Shown one piece after another: positions 61,858-64,000 of a stretch of 64,000 bases of DNA. The stretch covers positions 212,286 to 276,285 of the forward strand of contig NW_019217838.1 of the NCBI RefSeq assembly GCF_002571385.2, read 5' to 3'. Positions within the stretch are counted from its first letter, which is position 1; each line of letters starts with the position of its first letter. Made by a program: the position numbers and the translations under genes. The notes under the pieces are model-generated. The model was not told where the DNA came from. It searched no databases and saw only the letters and a program-made list of their open reading frames with translations. This DNA comes from Stylophora pistillata (taxonomy: Eukaryota).

Positions 61858-64000
61858 ACCCCAATGAGAACAGGGCCCGTTTCTCGATAGTCCAGGTGAC
61901 TTGACGGGCCTGAAACCGGATTTTAAAATCAAAATTTAAAGAATAAAGATACATGACCTGGCACCCTAACCAATCCAAATTTTCTTCAATGAGATGTTAG
62001 TTTTATAATTAATTTTCAAAATAACCGGGCCACAAGGCATGTAAAAAGTAGTGAAAAGTTTGCTGTTCCTTCACACGCTCCTTTCATGATGAAAATCTCT
62101 CGTCGACATTTGTGATGGAATACAGTAAATGTTTTGACCTGCGGTAACATTTGATCGTGCAGTCTGAATGTCCAAGTGAAGTTACTCCCGAGTAGGACTG
62201 CTGTTGGTAGAAGTAGTGATTGACGTTTCGACAACCTGAGCGGAAGTCATACACCCTATGCATAACGAGAAGAGACTGGGAGCGATAAACGACAACCTGA
62301 GCGGAAGTCATAAGAGTGAAGTGCGTGTTCTTGATGGACTTAATGACGCCTTTAGCAAAGTCTTTCTCAGAGTCTCTGATCCCTGTTTCTTTGCTCTGTT
62401 CACATCCTTGTTTACCAACAAATTATATTCACTTTGGAAACTTCGCTAGTTTACTCTCGATAAAAATAACTATACATTGTCACCAACATGATGAATTCTT
62501 ACTACTTAGTTTTGTGAACGCCCAAAATAAACCAAATTAATTATATATGACGTGTTTTGACCTGTAACGAAATAATACGGAGAGTGCTTTTAGCGCTTTA
62601 GAAACAAACCCTAAAATTTGACTTAGGTGTCAGTTACATCTTTGAATTAATTTTAAACCTTGAAAATTAATTTAAAAGAAAACGTCCCCATTGGCTACCA
62701 AGTTTTGGGGGAGTTATGCATATTGTTCTTTGTACGAATAAGCGTCGATAAGTTCTTAAAACATTCACTCAGACGGCCTCCATTTAGCTTAAATCTTGTC
62801 GCTTGTTTTTCCCTCTTTTGTATTGAAATCTAGTTCGTGATTCGTTTCTGCGCGCAAAACATGGTTCAGTATTCCGTGAGTATAGGAAAGCCTTTAAACG
62901 TGGTTATTCTTTGTGCAAAATCTGTAGCCTTTGCACCTGTAAAGACCTAGTACAGCTTTGAAGTAGCTGATGAATACGCTTTGCTTGTAAAAGATTATAG
63001 ACTGTTCTGAAATCAAGATGCATTAGGATATACGTCGAATGTTTTCGACGTTTCGTAAAGTTTTCTACTAGACTTGAGAGAGAGCAAGGCCAAAACTTCA
63101 CGTGAATTATTAAACAATTGTCAAGGAAAGCTCTTTTATCTTAAATTTGTCGATACTTGGCTTTGAAGCTTAAACGAGTTGGGCTTTCTTACCTTTTAAT
63201 ACCAAACCTCTGGAGTTTCAAGAAAATCTTGATTCCTGAATCCCCGAACCATTCCAAAAATTAGAGAGAGCTATCAAGACAAGACTGCACTCAGAAAGTT
63301 TTTATTAACTCCAAAACATTTTAACAGCTGCTGGCATAAGAATCGATTAGGAAGCGACAGCAATGCGGACGAATACGATAACTTCAGAAAGATAATGAAA
63401 GTCAAAACATCATTGTATCGCGCAGCACGGGAAGGAAATGCCGCAAGTTATTTGCATTTCGAAAGATGCTTCAAAAGTAAGTATCGTCCATAATTGTGTA
63501 ACAGTAGTCTAGGATATTAATAGGCGGTATAATTTGACGACTGAATAATTCATAACTCTCGGCCCTAAAGATCCACCAGGAACAACAGTTCATCGTAAAA
63601 AATATATCGCTAGAATTTTGGGCTGCCAAACCGTTTAAGTATCGATCTAAAAATCAACGATTGGCTGAAACTGAAACAAAATAGTTTCTAAAAATGAAAT
63701 GACAATGAATTCCTCGTGTCCATTCCAAAACTGAAAACAATGAGCCTTAATTGAAGAATCGTTTGTTGGAATTACCCCGTCATGATGCTACAACTAAAAT
63801 TTTGCATTAAAAGCCATCCTCTTCAAATGTTTTAAAACCAGCAATTGCACGTGTTCGTGGAACATTGTGTGAACATCAAGTAATTTTCCGATGACACATA
63901 ATTGGGGTGCACCCTTCATTTGATAAAGTTTTACGATGGGTTAATAAAGAAAAATAAAGAACTTGTGGAGTCTCTCTGTCAATTTGTAAAGAGGGATTAG

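Overview
AT-rich, intron-rich animal genomic DNA. It is most likely from a scleractinian coral or other anthozoan, inferred from repeat families and gene style. Left half: the 5' part of SZT2 (minus strand, 25 exons reconstructed by hand, 869 codons, runs off the left edge), an intronless RXYLT1/TMEM5 (minus), a complete 10-exon MED8 (plus) and an intronless class C (CaSR/mGluR-like) GPCR (minus). SZT2 and MED8 are the same divergent pair seen in mammals, but here RXYLT1 sits between them, directly head-to-head with MED8. Right half: very large minus-strand exons of an unidentified, highly charged repeat protein (one gene or two related genes). It carries ER/K single-alpha-helix tracts, an 18-residue helical repeat, a duplicated exon, 8 x 79-aa repeats and a recurrent (G/K/R)(K/R)L-x(4-7)-F-x-(Q/E) motif. 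Introns and intergenic DNA are full of MITEs, tRNA-derived SINEs, LINE tails, fold-back elements with minimal hammerhead ribozyme relics, and sequence-unrelated palindromes sharing a CGAG/CGAG tandem-GA plus GNA-loop apex. Homology calls come from recalled human protein sequences; no searches were run.
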